Positions 36,201 through 48,619 of a stretch of DNA of 64,000 nucleotides are shown one piece after another. The stretch's first letter is position 1. Every line of letters starts with the position of its first letter. Source of the DNA: Chiloscyllium plagiosum (Eukaryota); contig NC_057753.1 of the NCBI RefSeq assembly GCF_004010195.1, positions 9,634,622 through 9,698,621 on the forward strand, written 5' to 3'. The notes below the pieces were generated by a model. That model was not told the DNA's origin, searched no databases, and worked only from the letters and a program-made list of their open reading frames with translations. Made by a program: the position numbers and the translations under genes.

Positions 36201-37189
36201 TACCTCAGAAAATACCTTTAAATACATTTCAAATTAAAGCCGGAACTTTTCAAACAAAAGTTGTGAAGTAAAGGAGAGAGTCCCCGTTGGGGTTAATTGT
36301 TTATTTTTGTATAATTCCCGGGGCCCGGGAAGGGGGAGGTGACGGTTATTTACATTAAAACCGGAGGGTCATGTCAGAGTGTTTGTTTATATTGAGCAGG
36401 TGTAGGTAAAATACACTCCCTGGAGGGGCACCTTCTGTGATGCTGCATTTCTTGCCTTCTGCCCTTCCCCCATTTGTTATCTCCCATCCTGATTTTACAT
36501 TCTTTTTGGTCAAATTTAATTTCATATTAATCAGCCTTGGTATTCACTGTGTGTTATTAACTAATCTGTTGGATTATTGTAAGACAAAATTAATGGTGTA
36601 TTTTCATTTCTGATGTCTGAGTTTGACATTGAATGTGCTGGTGTGAATACCAGTCAGTTTTGAAAATAAATCAAGAACTTGTGCTTTTTAACAAAAAGAG
36701 TTTACTGATATTGATGGCATTGCCTCCTTTTGAGGAGGATGATTCCAGTCTGACCAACAAACCATTTCATGCAGTCACCCACTTTAATTAAAGTTTTTTA
36801 AAAAATAATTCTGGCAGGCTAAGATTTATACAACCCAAAATATGGTTGGTAATCATGTGTATTCTTACTGTAACAGAAGGCATTGTGTGGCAGTTTGAGA
36901 CTGAAACTTTGTTGGAAAGAATGTAGATTGATGAGGAAAGTCAAAATGGCAGAGTCTGAGGCCACATTCTATCAGCCTGGCTTGATTGCATGAGTCGTCG
37001 TTCTTCAAAAGCGCCTTCCAAGCCATGACCTCAATCACCAAGAACAGACACATGTGAGCACAGCATTCCGACTGCAAAATATATTGCATTGTTTCTTTGT
37101 TATTGACCAAAATGCTGGAACTCACTTCTGAACATTGTTGCAGACCACATTTTATTTGTGAAGCATTTTAAGAGGCAGCTCAGCACCAC

Positions 37190-38270
37190 TTTTTCCAAGG
37201 TCAGTTTGGGAAGAGTTGTTGGCACAACCAATGATATTCACATCTCATGAAATAATAAGCAAAGACCCCAGGCTGTTGGAGGCTGTTAGCGTGGATCAAG
37301 GATTGGCTAACTAATGACACAGTTGTGATAAGGGGCATAATCAGGATGGCAACTTGTAACTGGTGGTGTACCACAGGGATCAGCGCTGGGGCCAATATTA
37401 TTTACAATATGTATATGAATTACTTGGATAAGTAAAGTGAATGTACTATTGCCAAATTTGCAGAAGAGACAGTTGATGGGGAAGGCAGGTGATGAGGATG
37501 ACATGAAATATCTGGAGAGGGATGTTGACAGGTTAAGCAAATGATCGAAAGCTTGGCAGATGGGAAAATGAGGTTATGCAGTTTGCCAGGAGGTGAAGAA
37601 CTGAATATTAAATGGAGAAAGCTGCAGAATAGAGGGATTTGGAAACTCGCATCCACGAATCACTTCATCCAGGTTCAGTGAGTAATAGGGAAGGCAAATG
37701 GGAGGTTGGCCTTTTCAGTCGAGTATAAAAGTAGGGAGGTTATAGTGAACCTATGTCAGCCACCAGTCAGTCCACAACTGAATACTGTGAACAGTTTAGG
37801 GCCCTTTACCTAAGGAAAGATATATTGGCATTGGAGGCAGTCCATAGAAGGTTGACTGTGATGATATCAGGTATGGAAAGAATGTTTTATGAGGAGAAGT
37901 GAATAGGTTGGGTCTGTGCTTGTTAGAAGAATTACAGGTAACCTTATTGTCATGTACAAGATTCTGAGGACACTTGACAGGCCAGATGTGAAAAAGTGCA
38001 TGAGTCGAGGACCAGAGGAAAAAAACCTCCAAATAAGGGATTGCATTTTAGGAAAGATAGGAATTTCTCCTGAAGGCAGTCAATCTGTGGAACTTGTTAG
38101 TACAGAGGGCTGTTGAGCCTGGGTGCATTCAAGGCTGAGATAGTTTTTTTTTAAATCAGTAAGCAAATTGAGGATTATGGGACAATGGCAGGAAAGTGGA
38201 GTTGATGTTTACCAGAATAATCATGATCTGAGTAAATGGCAGAGTTGACTCAATGGGCTGAATTGAATAG
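37190..38270 (+). mobile_element. Old CR1 LINE RT and 3' end
   Basis: GVPQGSALGP and AKFA-like motifs, heavily decayed. Confidence 0.78.
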
Positions 38271-38684
38271 TAAATGATAAAGGGGAAAAGGATACAACTG
38301 GCAATTACGGGCCATTCAGTGTTGGGAAACTTAGAGATTGGAGGGAGTTGGTGGCATTTTGGCCTTGTTACTGGAATTAATATCTGGAGTTTCAAATTGA
38401 TACTGCTATGGCCCCGATACTACATGCCCGCCTCGATATTCAGGATGCAATCCTTGTCATCCTGAAGCCATACCTCTGTAAGGAGTCTCAGATCATAATT
38501 ATTCTCTTCAACCTGTGCAGCAGATTCATTCACTTTTGTTACGATGCAGCACACATTTAAATACTGACCTTTTATTTTTTGTGATCTTTAGAATCTAGCT
38601 TTGATTGCTGTTACATTTATTCTCCTTGTCCCTTTCTATCGTTCTCTGACGTTCAGTTTCCACATCACTACATTGTTCACCTTG

Positions 38685-39115
38685 ATTTGGGTTGGCCATG
38701 CTAAATTTCCCATTGTATCCAAGAATGTGCAGGTTAGGTCGGTTAGCCATGGGAAGTGCAGGGCTATAGTTTCACAGAAATAGAAGGACTAAGCTATGCT
38801 CCTCCTACCTGCATTATCTCGATGACCTTTAATTCCCCTATCCTGCAAAAACCACCGAACTGTGTCTTGAATATACTTAATGATGCTGACTCTACTGCTT
38901 CTTTGGGCAGAGAATTCCATCGATTCACTACTGTTCGGGAAAAGCAGTTCCCCCTCATCTCTGTCCTAAATCTCCTCCCCTTAATCTTGAGGCCTAGTCT
39001 CAGCCACCAGCAGAAATAACCTGATAGGGTGGGTCTGTGTGGCATGCTCTTCGGAGTGGTCAGTGTGGACTTGATGGGCTGAATGGCCTGCTTGCACACT
39101 GTAGGGATTCTATGA
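38685..39115. mobile_element. SINE 3' part interrupted by a minus-strand LINE tail (38770-39020)
   Basis: ggccatgctaaatt core. The insert reads FRTEMRGNCFSRTVVNRWNSLP. Confidence 0.65.
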
Positions 39116-39669
39116 TTTACTGCACTTGTGCTTGCCCTGGATCACAGCAGCCAGAACCTGCCACCTTCTGCAGATTGAAAGACAAGTCCCACCCTGTCCT
39201 CTAGTATGTGTTATCTAACTGCTTGATCGTTTCTAGTAAATACAGCCCACACCACCTGCTGCTGCCAGTAACCTTTACAATGCTGATGAAACAATGCAAT
39301 ACCTGCAGTGCTGAAAATGGTAAGGCTTCTAACGACATCAGTTACTGATTTACCGCTTCTTCTGATGCACAGCATTGGAAATACAATGTTGGACGCTCAA
39401 AGAAATGAGAAGTTTAAAACAAAAACCCATCAAACACTTCACTAGGCTCCCCACTCAGCACATATCACCTACCACCGTTAACATTAAAGCACTTCAACCC
39501 CACAGTGCAATGAAGTCCCACTTTCCACCAAAATCACAGATGTACTCTCAGTTGTCTCACAAATGAAAGATTTCATTGCAACTTCTACTCCCAGTAAGGG
39601 TAAAACATCTTTGAAAGCTGCTCTGAAAGTCCAGTCTTCACAATAATACTTCTGCTTTCACTGAAGATG

Positions 39670-40470
39670 ATTAGAGTCATACAACCCGGAAACAGACCCT
39701 TCGGTCCAACTCATCTACGCCAACTAGATATTCTAAATTAATCTAGTCCCATTTGCCAGCACTTGGCAAATGGGACTAGATTATCCCTCTAAACTCTTCC
39801 CATTCATGAAACCATCCAATGCCTTTAAAATGATGTAATTGCACCAGCCTCTTGGCAGCTCATTCCATATACGCACCATTCTCTGTGTTAAAATGTTGCC
39901 CTTCAGGTCCCTTTTTAAATCTTTCTGCTCTCACCATAAACCTATATCCTCTTGTTTTGGACTCCACTACATTGGTGGAAAAGATCTTGGCTATTTACCC
40001 TACTATGCAACTTCTTTTAGGTCACCCCTCAGCCTCTGATGGCCCAGGGAAAATATCACCAACCTATTCAGCCTCTCCCTCTAGCTCAAATCCTCCAACT
40101 CTGGCAAAAGCCTTGCAAATCTTTTCCAAACACTTTCAAGTTTCACAACTTCTTTCCTATAGCAGGGAGACCAAAACTGAATACAGTATTCCAAAAGTGG
40201 CCTAACGAATGTCCTGTACAGCCACAACAGAACTTCCCAACTCCTATACTCAGTGCTCTGACCAAGAAAGGAAAGCATACCAAATGCCTTCTTCACTATC
40301 CTGTCTACCTGCAACTCCACTTTCAAGGTCACTCTAGGGTCTCTTTGTTCAGCAACACTATCAAGGACCTTACCATTAAGTGTAAGCATCCTATCCTGAT
40401 TTGCCTTTCCAAAATGTAACATCTCATATTTATCTAAATTATACTCAATCTGCCACTACCTGGTTCATCA
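39670..40470 (-). mobile_element. CR1 LINE 3' fragment
   Basis: LYRTFVRPLLEYCIQFWSP. Confidence 0.88.
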
Positions 40471-40607
40471 GCCCATCCAATCAATTCTAATTTATATTGA
40501 ACTTTCTTTCCTCTCTCCATTCCCTAAAAGCTGAAAATCTCCACCTCACACATTCTCACTTTGTTGAACCTAATCCCTGCTGTACCACATCCTGAAGGGT
40601 CTGGTTC

Positions 40608-42760
40608 ATGCTGATTAACAGGCCCACACTCCGGAGGGATCAAATTGAAACATACAGAATACTGAACGGCCTGGACAGATAGGATGTTAAGAAGATGTTT
40701 CCATTGAATGGATAGACTCGAACTTGAAGGCTTAGCCTTAGAGTAAAGCCTTAGACCTTCTGGAATGGAAATAAGGAGAAACGTCTTCAGCCCGAGAGTG
40801 GAAAATCTGTGGAATTCACTGCTTCAGAAGGTTGTGGAGGCCGGTTCACTGAGTATACTTAAGACTGAGATAGATAGGTTCTTGAGTATCAAGGGGATCA
40901 ATGGTTACGGAAATAAACCAGGAGAATGGGGTTGAGAAACTTATCAGCCATGATTGAATGGAGGAGACCTGATGGGCTGAAGGCCGAATTTCTGCTACTA
41001 CGTCTTATGGGTCTCTTGCTTTACTGGACACTGAGAGAATTGGGAGCAGGAGTAGGCTATTTGATCTTTCGAGCCTGCACCAACATTGAACAGATCATAA
41101 CTGGATATGAATATGCCTCCATCTAGGTGGAGAGGCTGGGACATATTTCACTGGAGCATAGGAGTTTGAGAGGAGATCTTACAGAGCTTTATAAAATCCT
41201 GAGGGGTATAGATGAGATGAATGGCAGGTCCTTCCCCTTGGGTGGGGGTTTCAAGATTAGGGAGCAAATTTTGAAGGTAAGAGGAAAAATATTTTTAAAA
41301 GACATGAGGTGCTCCTTTGTTTTGAAACACAGAGTGGTTTGTGTGTGGAACCAATGTCAAGAGGAAGTGGTGGATGCAGGTACAGTTACAAAATTTCAAA
41401 GACATTTGGATAACTACATGAATAGGAAAGGTTCAGAGGCATATGAACCAAACACAGGCTGGTGGGACTAGTTTGGTTTCAGAACATAGTCAGCATGGAC
41501 TAATTGGACTGAAGGGTCTGTTTCTGTGCTGTATGACTCTGTAACTGTTCTATACTGGTTTTAAAACCATTTTCTTGCCTTTCTCCATAACCATCCACTT
41601 CTTTCTTGTTCAAAAATCAGATGAACTCAGCATTGAATATATTTAATGACCCCCAAACTGGAAGAGATCCCTACTTCTGAACTCAATTCCTCTTGCTATA
41701 ACATTCCACTTGCCTTGCTCATTGCTGCATCTGTCTGACAACTGGCATTGACTGGTGTAGGACACTGAGGACCCTTTGTACATCCACACATCATTCCTGA
41801 CGAAGGGCTCGTGCCCGAAATGTCACTCTCCTGCTCCTCAGATGCTGCCTGACCTGCTGTGTTTTTCCAGCGCCACACTTTTTGACTCTGATCTCTAGCA
41901 TCTGCAGTCCTCACTTTCTCCACATCCCAATATATTCCCATTTAAACCATGCGCTTTCTTTCTGCCTTTATTTTCCACAGCAAGGACTATAATTTCACAT
42001 TGTGGTACTGCATTTTCCATGTGTTTGCCAATTGAAGCACAGTCCTGGACCAAATTTTCCAGAGTCTGTCCCCTCCCTGGATTCACTCCGTTTCCCTTCC
42101 GTTACTGGCATTGACTGGTGGAGAAGGACACTGAGGACCCTTTGTACATCCGCACAGCATTCCTGACGAAGGGCTCGTGCCCGAAACGTCACTCTCCTGC
42201 TCCTCAGAACCCCAGAATGAAAAAAAGAGGGTAAGAAAAGAGTGCCGTACTCATAGATGTAGGACAAAGGAAAGCAGTTTCAGTCTGGGGTGAAACTCAA
42301 TCTTCATTCTGAGAAAGGAACCGCAGCAACTTCATAAACTAATGATCAAATTTCCACATTTCAGACAATGGTGGGGAGTCTCTGATTGTCAGGAGGACCA
42401 AGCTCCTTCCGGTTCTCCAGGGCTCCCCATTGGTCCAATCAAAGTTGCATGCAGTTTCCTTGAATACCAAGGGGATACGCAGATTTTTGCTGACACCAGT
42501 GAACATGCGCAATTCTTGTGGACACTGAGGAACATGCGCAATATACTCTCTGTGGTTGACGGTGTTGACGATAGATGACCTCAGGAGAAAAAAGGCTCGA
42601 GCGACATTTTTTTTCCTTTTGCATTTTGTCTGGATACTCAACTTTTGTTGATCTTTTTCCCGTGTAGAGAACTCCCACACTGGAGGGGATAGGTTTCGGG
42701 TGAGAGGGGAAAGATTTAAAAGGGTCCTAACGATTTAGAAAAAGAATGTGAAAGTTAATT
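40608..42760 (+). repeat. Segmental duplication paralogous to 3682-5760
   Basis: Same order of flank, two LINE ends, Penelope fragment, intron sequence and promoter module. Confidence 0.88.
42240..42550 (-). promoter_or_regulatory. ZNF promoter and exon 1 module, copy 4 (donor mutated)
   Basis: actcat at 42249-42254, so the GT donor has become AT. cttccggt, ccattgg/ccaat and two catgcgca motifs. Confidence 0.65.
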
Positions 42761-42929
42761 CCCCTCAAAAATTGCCCTCTTTTATGGCCTGAACAAAATA
42801 TATTGTTCACAGACTATTAATCACTGAGTAGGAAGGATGTTGTGAAACTTGAAAGGCTTCAGAAACGATTTGTAAGGATGTTGCTTGGGTTGGAAGGTTT
42901 GAGCTTCAAGAAGAGGCTGACCATAATTC

Positions 42930-44011
42930 AGTTACATTTAGTTTAGCGATGGAAAGGGAGAGGTACATGTCACAGGGCAAGAGTTATAGATGGGGAAGGG
43001 CAATTATAATGCCACTAGGCAAGACTTAGGCATGGAATGGAATAGCAAAATGTAGGGGACGGGGACAATCAAACTGTGGAGCTGCTTTAAGGAACAAATA
43101 TTGCGTGTCTTTGATAGGTATGTCCCTATAGAGTGGTGGACAGTGTGGAAGAATGTTGCAGGTTGCAGGAGGACTTGGATAAACTGCAGAATTGGGCTGA
43201 GAGGTGGTAAATGGACTTCAATGCAGATAAATGTGAGGTGATTCACTTTGGGAAGAATCAAACAGGAAGGCAGAATACCAGATCAATGGAAAGATTCTTG
43301 GTACTGTGGATGTGCAGAGGGAACTTTGTGTCCACATTCATAGATTCCTGAAAGTTACCACCCAGGTTGATAGTGCTGTTAAGAAGGCATACGGTGTGTG
43401 AGGTTTTATTGATACAGCGATTGAGTTCCGGAGCCGTGATGTCATGCTGCAACTATACAAAATGCTAGTGTGGCCTCACTTGGAATACTGTGTATAGTTC
43501 TGGTCACTCCATTACAGGAAAGACGTGGAAGCATTGGAAAAGGTGCAGAGGAGATATACCAGATTTTGTCTGGTCTGGAGAGAGGTCTTATGAGAAAAGG
43601 CTGAGAGACTTGGGTCTGTTCTCATTGGAGAGAAGGCGGCTAAGAGGGGATTTAATAGAGACATACAACATGATCAGAGGATTAGATAGGGTGCACAGTG
43701 AGTGTCTTTTTCCTAGGATGATGATGTTGGCTTGTACGAGGAGGCGTACCTGTAAATTCAGGGATGATAGATTTAAGACAAATGCCAGAGGAAGATTCTT
43801 TACGCAGAGTAATAAGGGCGTGGAATGCCCTGCCTGCCAATTGTAGTTAACTCAGCCACATTAGTGCCATTTAAACATTCTTTGGATAAGCACATGGATG
43901 ATGATAGGATAGTGTAGGGGGATGGGCTTAGATTAGTTCATAGGTCGGCGCAACATCATCGAGGGCCGAAGGGCCTTTTCTGCGCTGTATTGTTCTATGT
44001 TCTATATTCTA
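42930..44011 (+). mobile_element. CR1 LINE with complete 3' tail
   Basis: RT C-terminus (LGLFSLERRRLRGDLIETY) and (ttctatg)n tail ending at 44011. Confidence 0.88.
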
Positions 44012-44950
44012 CTCCCCCTGCGATGGCACGTGAACTCGCTGGTGCCTCTGCAGGTGGGAGGAGCGGGTGAATCCCTTCCCACACTGAGAGCAGGTGAACA
44101 GCCTCTCTCTGGTGTGAACCAGCTGGTGGGTCCGCAGGCCGGAAGAATCAATGAATCCCTTCCCGCACATGGAGCAGGTGAATGGCCTCTCCCCAGTGTG
44201 AACACGCTGGTGGGTCAGCAGGATGGAAGACTTGATGAATCCCTTCCCGCACTGAGAACAGGTGAACGGCCTCTCCCCTGTGTGGACCCGCTGGTGGGTC
44301 AACAGGGTGGAAGAATTGATGAATCCCTTCCCACACTGTGAGCAGGTGAATGGCCTCTCCCCGGTGTGGACCCGCTGGTGGGTCAGGAGTGCAGCTGACT
44401 GAGCGAACCCCTTCCCACACACTGAGCAGGTGAACAGCTTCTCTCCTGTGTGGAGGCGCTGGTGCGTCTGCAGGTTTCCCATCTGACTGAATCCCTGCCC
44501 ACACACTGAGCAGGTGAATGGCTTCTCCCCAGTGTGGACCCGCTGGTGGATCAGGAGAGTAGATGATTGAGTGAATCCCTTCCCGCACACATGGCAGGTG
44601 AACAGCCTCTCCCCAGTGTGTACCCGCTGATGGATCAACAGTCCAGATGACTGAGCAAACCCCTTCCCGCACACAGGGCACATGAATGGCTTCTCTCCCG
44701 TGTGGACCCGCTGGTGCGTTTGCAGGTTGCCCATCCGACTGAATCCCTTCCCGCACATGGAGCAGGTGAATGGCCTCTCCCCAGTGTGAACACGCTGGTG
44801 TCTCACGAGGTGGGATGCTTCAGTGAATCTCTGCCCACACTGAGAGCAGGTGAACGGCCTCTCCCCGGTGTGAATGCGTCTGTGGTTTTCCAGTGCCGAT
44901 GGGGAAGGGAATCCTTTCCCACAGTCTCCACATTTCCACGGTTTTCCCAT
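44009..44950 (-). CDS. C2H2 tandem zinc-finger protein, 11 fingers, no effector domain seen
   Basis: 313-aa open frame from [12 protein letters not shown] with eleven intact fingers and TGE(R/K)PF linkers. Upstream acceptor ttttcacag ends at 45260. Confidence 0.92.
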   Translation of the reverse strand: MGKPWKCGDCGKGFPSPSALENHRRIHTGERPFTCSQCGQRFTEASHLVRHQRVHTGERPFTCSMCGKGFSRMGNLQTHQRVHTGEKPFMCPVCGKGFAQSSGLLIHQRVHTGERLFTCHVCGKGFTQSSTLLIHQRVHTGEKPFTCSVCGQGFSQMGNLQTHQRLHTGEKLFTCSVCGKGFAQSAALLTHQRVHTGERPFTCSQCGKGFINSSTLLTHQRVHTGERPFTCSQCGKGFIKSSILLTHQRVHTGERPFTCSMCGKGFIDSSGLRTHQLVHTRERLFTCSQCGKGFTRSSHLQRHQRVHVPSQGE

Positions 44951-45709
44951 GGGGGAAGCTTTACTTGTGTTGCCCAGGGTTTGAAATTACAAACAGAACG
45001 GGTACACAGTCTCTCCCCACCGTGAGGAGTGAGATTTTTATTCCCCAAGCTGAGGAAATGGCGTGAAGCACTTTTCACAGTCAGCACACTGAATCTCCCT
45101 CACTCAGTTGTCTCCGTATTCTTCCTGCCACACCAGTGTCCAAAACCTCTCAAGCAGACAAAAGCAAACATTTCTTCTTGATTCGAATCCCAATGAATCA
45201 AGTGGCTCTGTCAGAAGTCGATGTATCAATTGCTTTCAAATTTCTTTCCACGTGACGTCCTGTGAAAAAAAAATCACTAAAGTAAGTGATCACGGTCAGT
45301 ACTGTTAAATGAACACAACATAGTTGGCAATTCCTGTAGATTGCTAGATGCCTGCTGATCACATATTATCCAGGACACAGAAACCTGAAAATCCTCATGC
45401 AGCCAGATAGGCTTAAGTGTGAATGGAGGAAAACTTCATTTAGGTGACAATAACATGGAATAAACTGCCTACAAAAGGTGCTGGAAATGGAGCTGAATCA
45501 AGGACATGATAATGAAATATCAAGACTGTTTAAGAAAGCCAGTAAAGTTGCTGAATGACTTCCTGCTATCCTAATAAATTTTAAAAATGACAAGAAATAA
45601 AGGACGTAACTCCATTACTACATTAGAAGATGAAGAATAATTTTATATCAATGTGCCAATCCCTTAAATACTGCTCAGTTCCATGAGAAACTACCCCTTT
45701 AATTGCGAA

Positions 45710-46830
45710 CATAGAGTCATGGAAACAGACTTTTTGGTCCACCTTGTCCATGCCAACCCGATATTCCAACCCAATCTGGTCCCACCTGCCAGCACCCGGC
45801 CCAAAATGCGTTTTAAATGTTGCAATTGTACTAGCCTCCACCATTTCCTCTAGCAGCTCATTCCATACATGTTCCACCCTCTGCATAAAAAAGGTGCCCC
45901 TTAGGTCGCTTTTATATCTTGCCCCTCTCTCCTTAAACCTATGCCCTCTAGTTCTGGACTGCCCCCACCACAGGGAAAATACTTTGTCCATTTACCCTGT
46001 CCATGCCCCTCATGATTTTACAAACATCTATTAGGGTCACTCATTAGCCTCCAATGCTCCAAGAAATGTTCCACACTGTAAGTAATCTAATCTAATCTAA
46101 TCTTAAAAAAAAACAGCCCCAGTCTATTCAACCTCTCCCTATAGCTCAAATCCTCCAACCCTGGCAACATCCTTGTAAATCTTTTCTACCCCTTTCAAGT
46201 TCCACAACATCTTTCCGATAGGAAGACCAGAATCGCACGCAGCATTCCAACAGTGGCCGCAACATGACCTTGCACATCCTGTACTCAATACTCTGACTAA
46301 TAAAGGAAAGCATACCAAACGCCTTCTTCACGATCCGATCTACCTGCAACCTGAGTAAAACAAAACTTTCACCTCATTGTGTGCCTAAGTGGTTTGCCAT
46401 TACTTTTAAATTCTGGTCCCTGGTTCTAAAATCCCAAAACAGGAAACATCTTATCTGAACCCACCCTGTGAACTCCTTTAAATATTTTGTGGGTTTCATT
46501 GAGTCTAAAGACTGTCTGAGGACAGCCCTGCCAGCCTGAGAACAAGTCTGGTGAACCTTCATCACATTTCTCTGTGCGAACCAAGACTGCACATAGTAAT
46601 TCAGGTGCAGTGCAACCAAGCTACAATACAATTGATGCAAGACTCCATTACCTCTCCACTCAAATCCTCTTGTGGTAAATACCAAAATAGATTGATGTAC
46701 CTGCATAATAACCCTCAGTGACTTATCAACAAGGAAACCTTTGATGCCTTTGTATACCTACACTTTTCAGCCTCTTCCAAAAAGTGGATAATCCCACATC
46801 TGCCACATTATATTCCATGTTTTCAATTGA
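45710..46830 (-). mobile_element. CR1 LINE fragments
   Basis: QSRTRGHRFK...WNELLEE and RPLLECCVRFWS. Confidence 0.8.
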
Positions 46831-47809
46831 TTTCATTGCTCACCATCACAAGTGTGATTCAGCGCCATTATTGACTAAGCTGACCAACTCAGTGTCAGGG
46901 AGCAAGACTTTGCCACATGACTTTGCCCTCACCAGTCTACCTGTCAGAGGCACACATCCACACCTGAGATGAGTCGGATAGATTTCAAATAGATACATCA
47001 ACTCAAAACAAGGTATCATGATGAGTTGATGAGCGTCAGCAGCAATACTGGACTTAATTATCATCTAAGATAAAGCTGCTGATTTGATTGTCACCCCATC
47101 CACCATCTTCAACATCCACTCTCTCTGCCATTGATGCTCATTTATAGGAACATGTATTACCCTACAAGATTCAAAGCAGAAATTCACCATGGCACCTCAG
47201 CGAATACCTTCCAAACCCATGAACACTTCCATCTGGAAGGACAAGGGCAGCAGGTGCATAAGAATACCATCACATGCAGGTTCCCCTCCAATCCCCATAC
47301 CAGTCTGACTTAGAAATTTAGCACTGGGTCAAATTCTGTAACTCCCTCAATAACGGCATTGTGGGTCTACAGACAGCACGGAAATACCAATACTGTGTTG
47401 CGGTCCTTCGAGACCGTCAAAATGCATTCTTGAAGGTAGTTTGAGTTTGCATATGCCTATAGCCAGGACTGTCCAGCAAGACTTCAACAGTCCTGATAGT
47501 AACCATAAAATAGAGAGGGGACCCAGCTTGGAAAAATGTTGGTATTGACTGGAAGAAGTCAGCTTGGAGTCTTAACATGTAGATGCCCTGGTGTGGAGGC
47601 CAAGGAGGAGCTTACAAAAGCTGTCTGATTTGCAGGAGACTGATGGAGCCTACAGGCGCACACAATCAAAATGGAGAAGGAAACAGGTTCATAACTCAGT
47701 TAAATACAACTGCTTAGGATACAACAGCCACTCAGGAGTGAGGAAGAAGAAAGAGTTCATAATTGGAGGCCTGACCCGGACAGAGGAAGAAAGGGGGTCA
47801 TGACTTTTT

Positions 47810-48000
47810 TGTTAAAATATTCATTCAAGGGACGAGTGTGTCACTGGCTGGACCATTTATTATCCATCCCTACCTGCCCAGAGGTCAATTAAGAATCAAC
47901 TACACCATTAGTGGTCTGGAGTCACATGTAGGCCAGACCAGGTAAGAATGGCAGATTTCCTTCCCGAAAAGACATTAGCAAACCAGGCAGGTTTTTTTGA
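47810..48000 (-). mobile_element. Deu-domain SINE fragment (SacSINE1/AmnSINE1-like)
   Basis: Minus strand reads cttacctggtctggcctacatgtgactccagacc, resembling the Deu core. Similar pieces at ~61380-61720 and ~62390-62600. Confidence 0.6.
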
Positions 48001-48099
48001 TCAAAGAATCCTTTTCTAGGGTGCAAACTGTATACATGCCAAACTGAAGTAATACACAAGGAAAATATCTTTAAGAGGGACAAGAGAGCATCTGAGCAC

Positions 48100-48360
48100 C
48101 TTTCGATAGTCTGCTCCCTCCCTGGATTCACTCCAGTTGCTACAAGTGAAAAATGCTTCCCCCCCCTTCTCGCTCCCTCCCAGGGTGAGGAATGGAAAGG
48201 GTGACACATTGCTTTGCTCCCAGATATTGCCCAGGGGGAGGGAATTTCATCAAACTGACAGGGCTATTTCTGTATTGTGACATCCACAATGGGGGGGGGT
48301 GGGGCAGACAGCGGGCCCGCACTGCACCTGTGTTGCCTTGCAGCTGAGGCACGTGGGGAG
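48100..48360 (-). promoter_or_regulatory. Second type of ZNF exon 1/promoter module (inverted homolog of 17215-17375)
   Basis: The reverse complement aligns to ctgggcaacgtctgggagcaaagcaatgtc.... GC box and cacgtg lie upstream. Confidence 0.5.
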
Positions 48361-48619
48361 GGGAAGCCACTTTGCAAACTCCCTTTGCTCTTCTCCAAGT
48401 CAATGCAGTTTGAGTTCATGGGTTTAACTTTAACTTTAGCCTCACACTCACAGAAAATCTCCTCCTCTGTGAATCCAACACTTTACTCCCCCCTACAATC
48501 CATGAAAATAGCGATTTGAGCAACTCCAGAGTTGGAGATGCTCCCATACCTGCTCTCAGGGGTTTGTAAAAACAATTTATTTTATGAACCATTTCAATTC
48601 AACCCCATCCTTGCCATTC

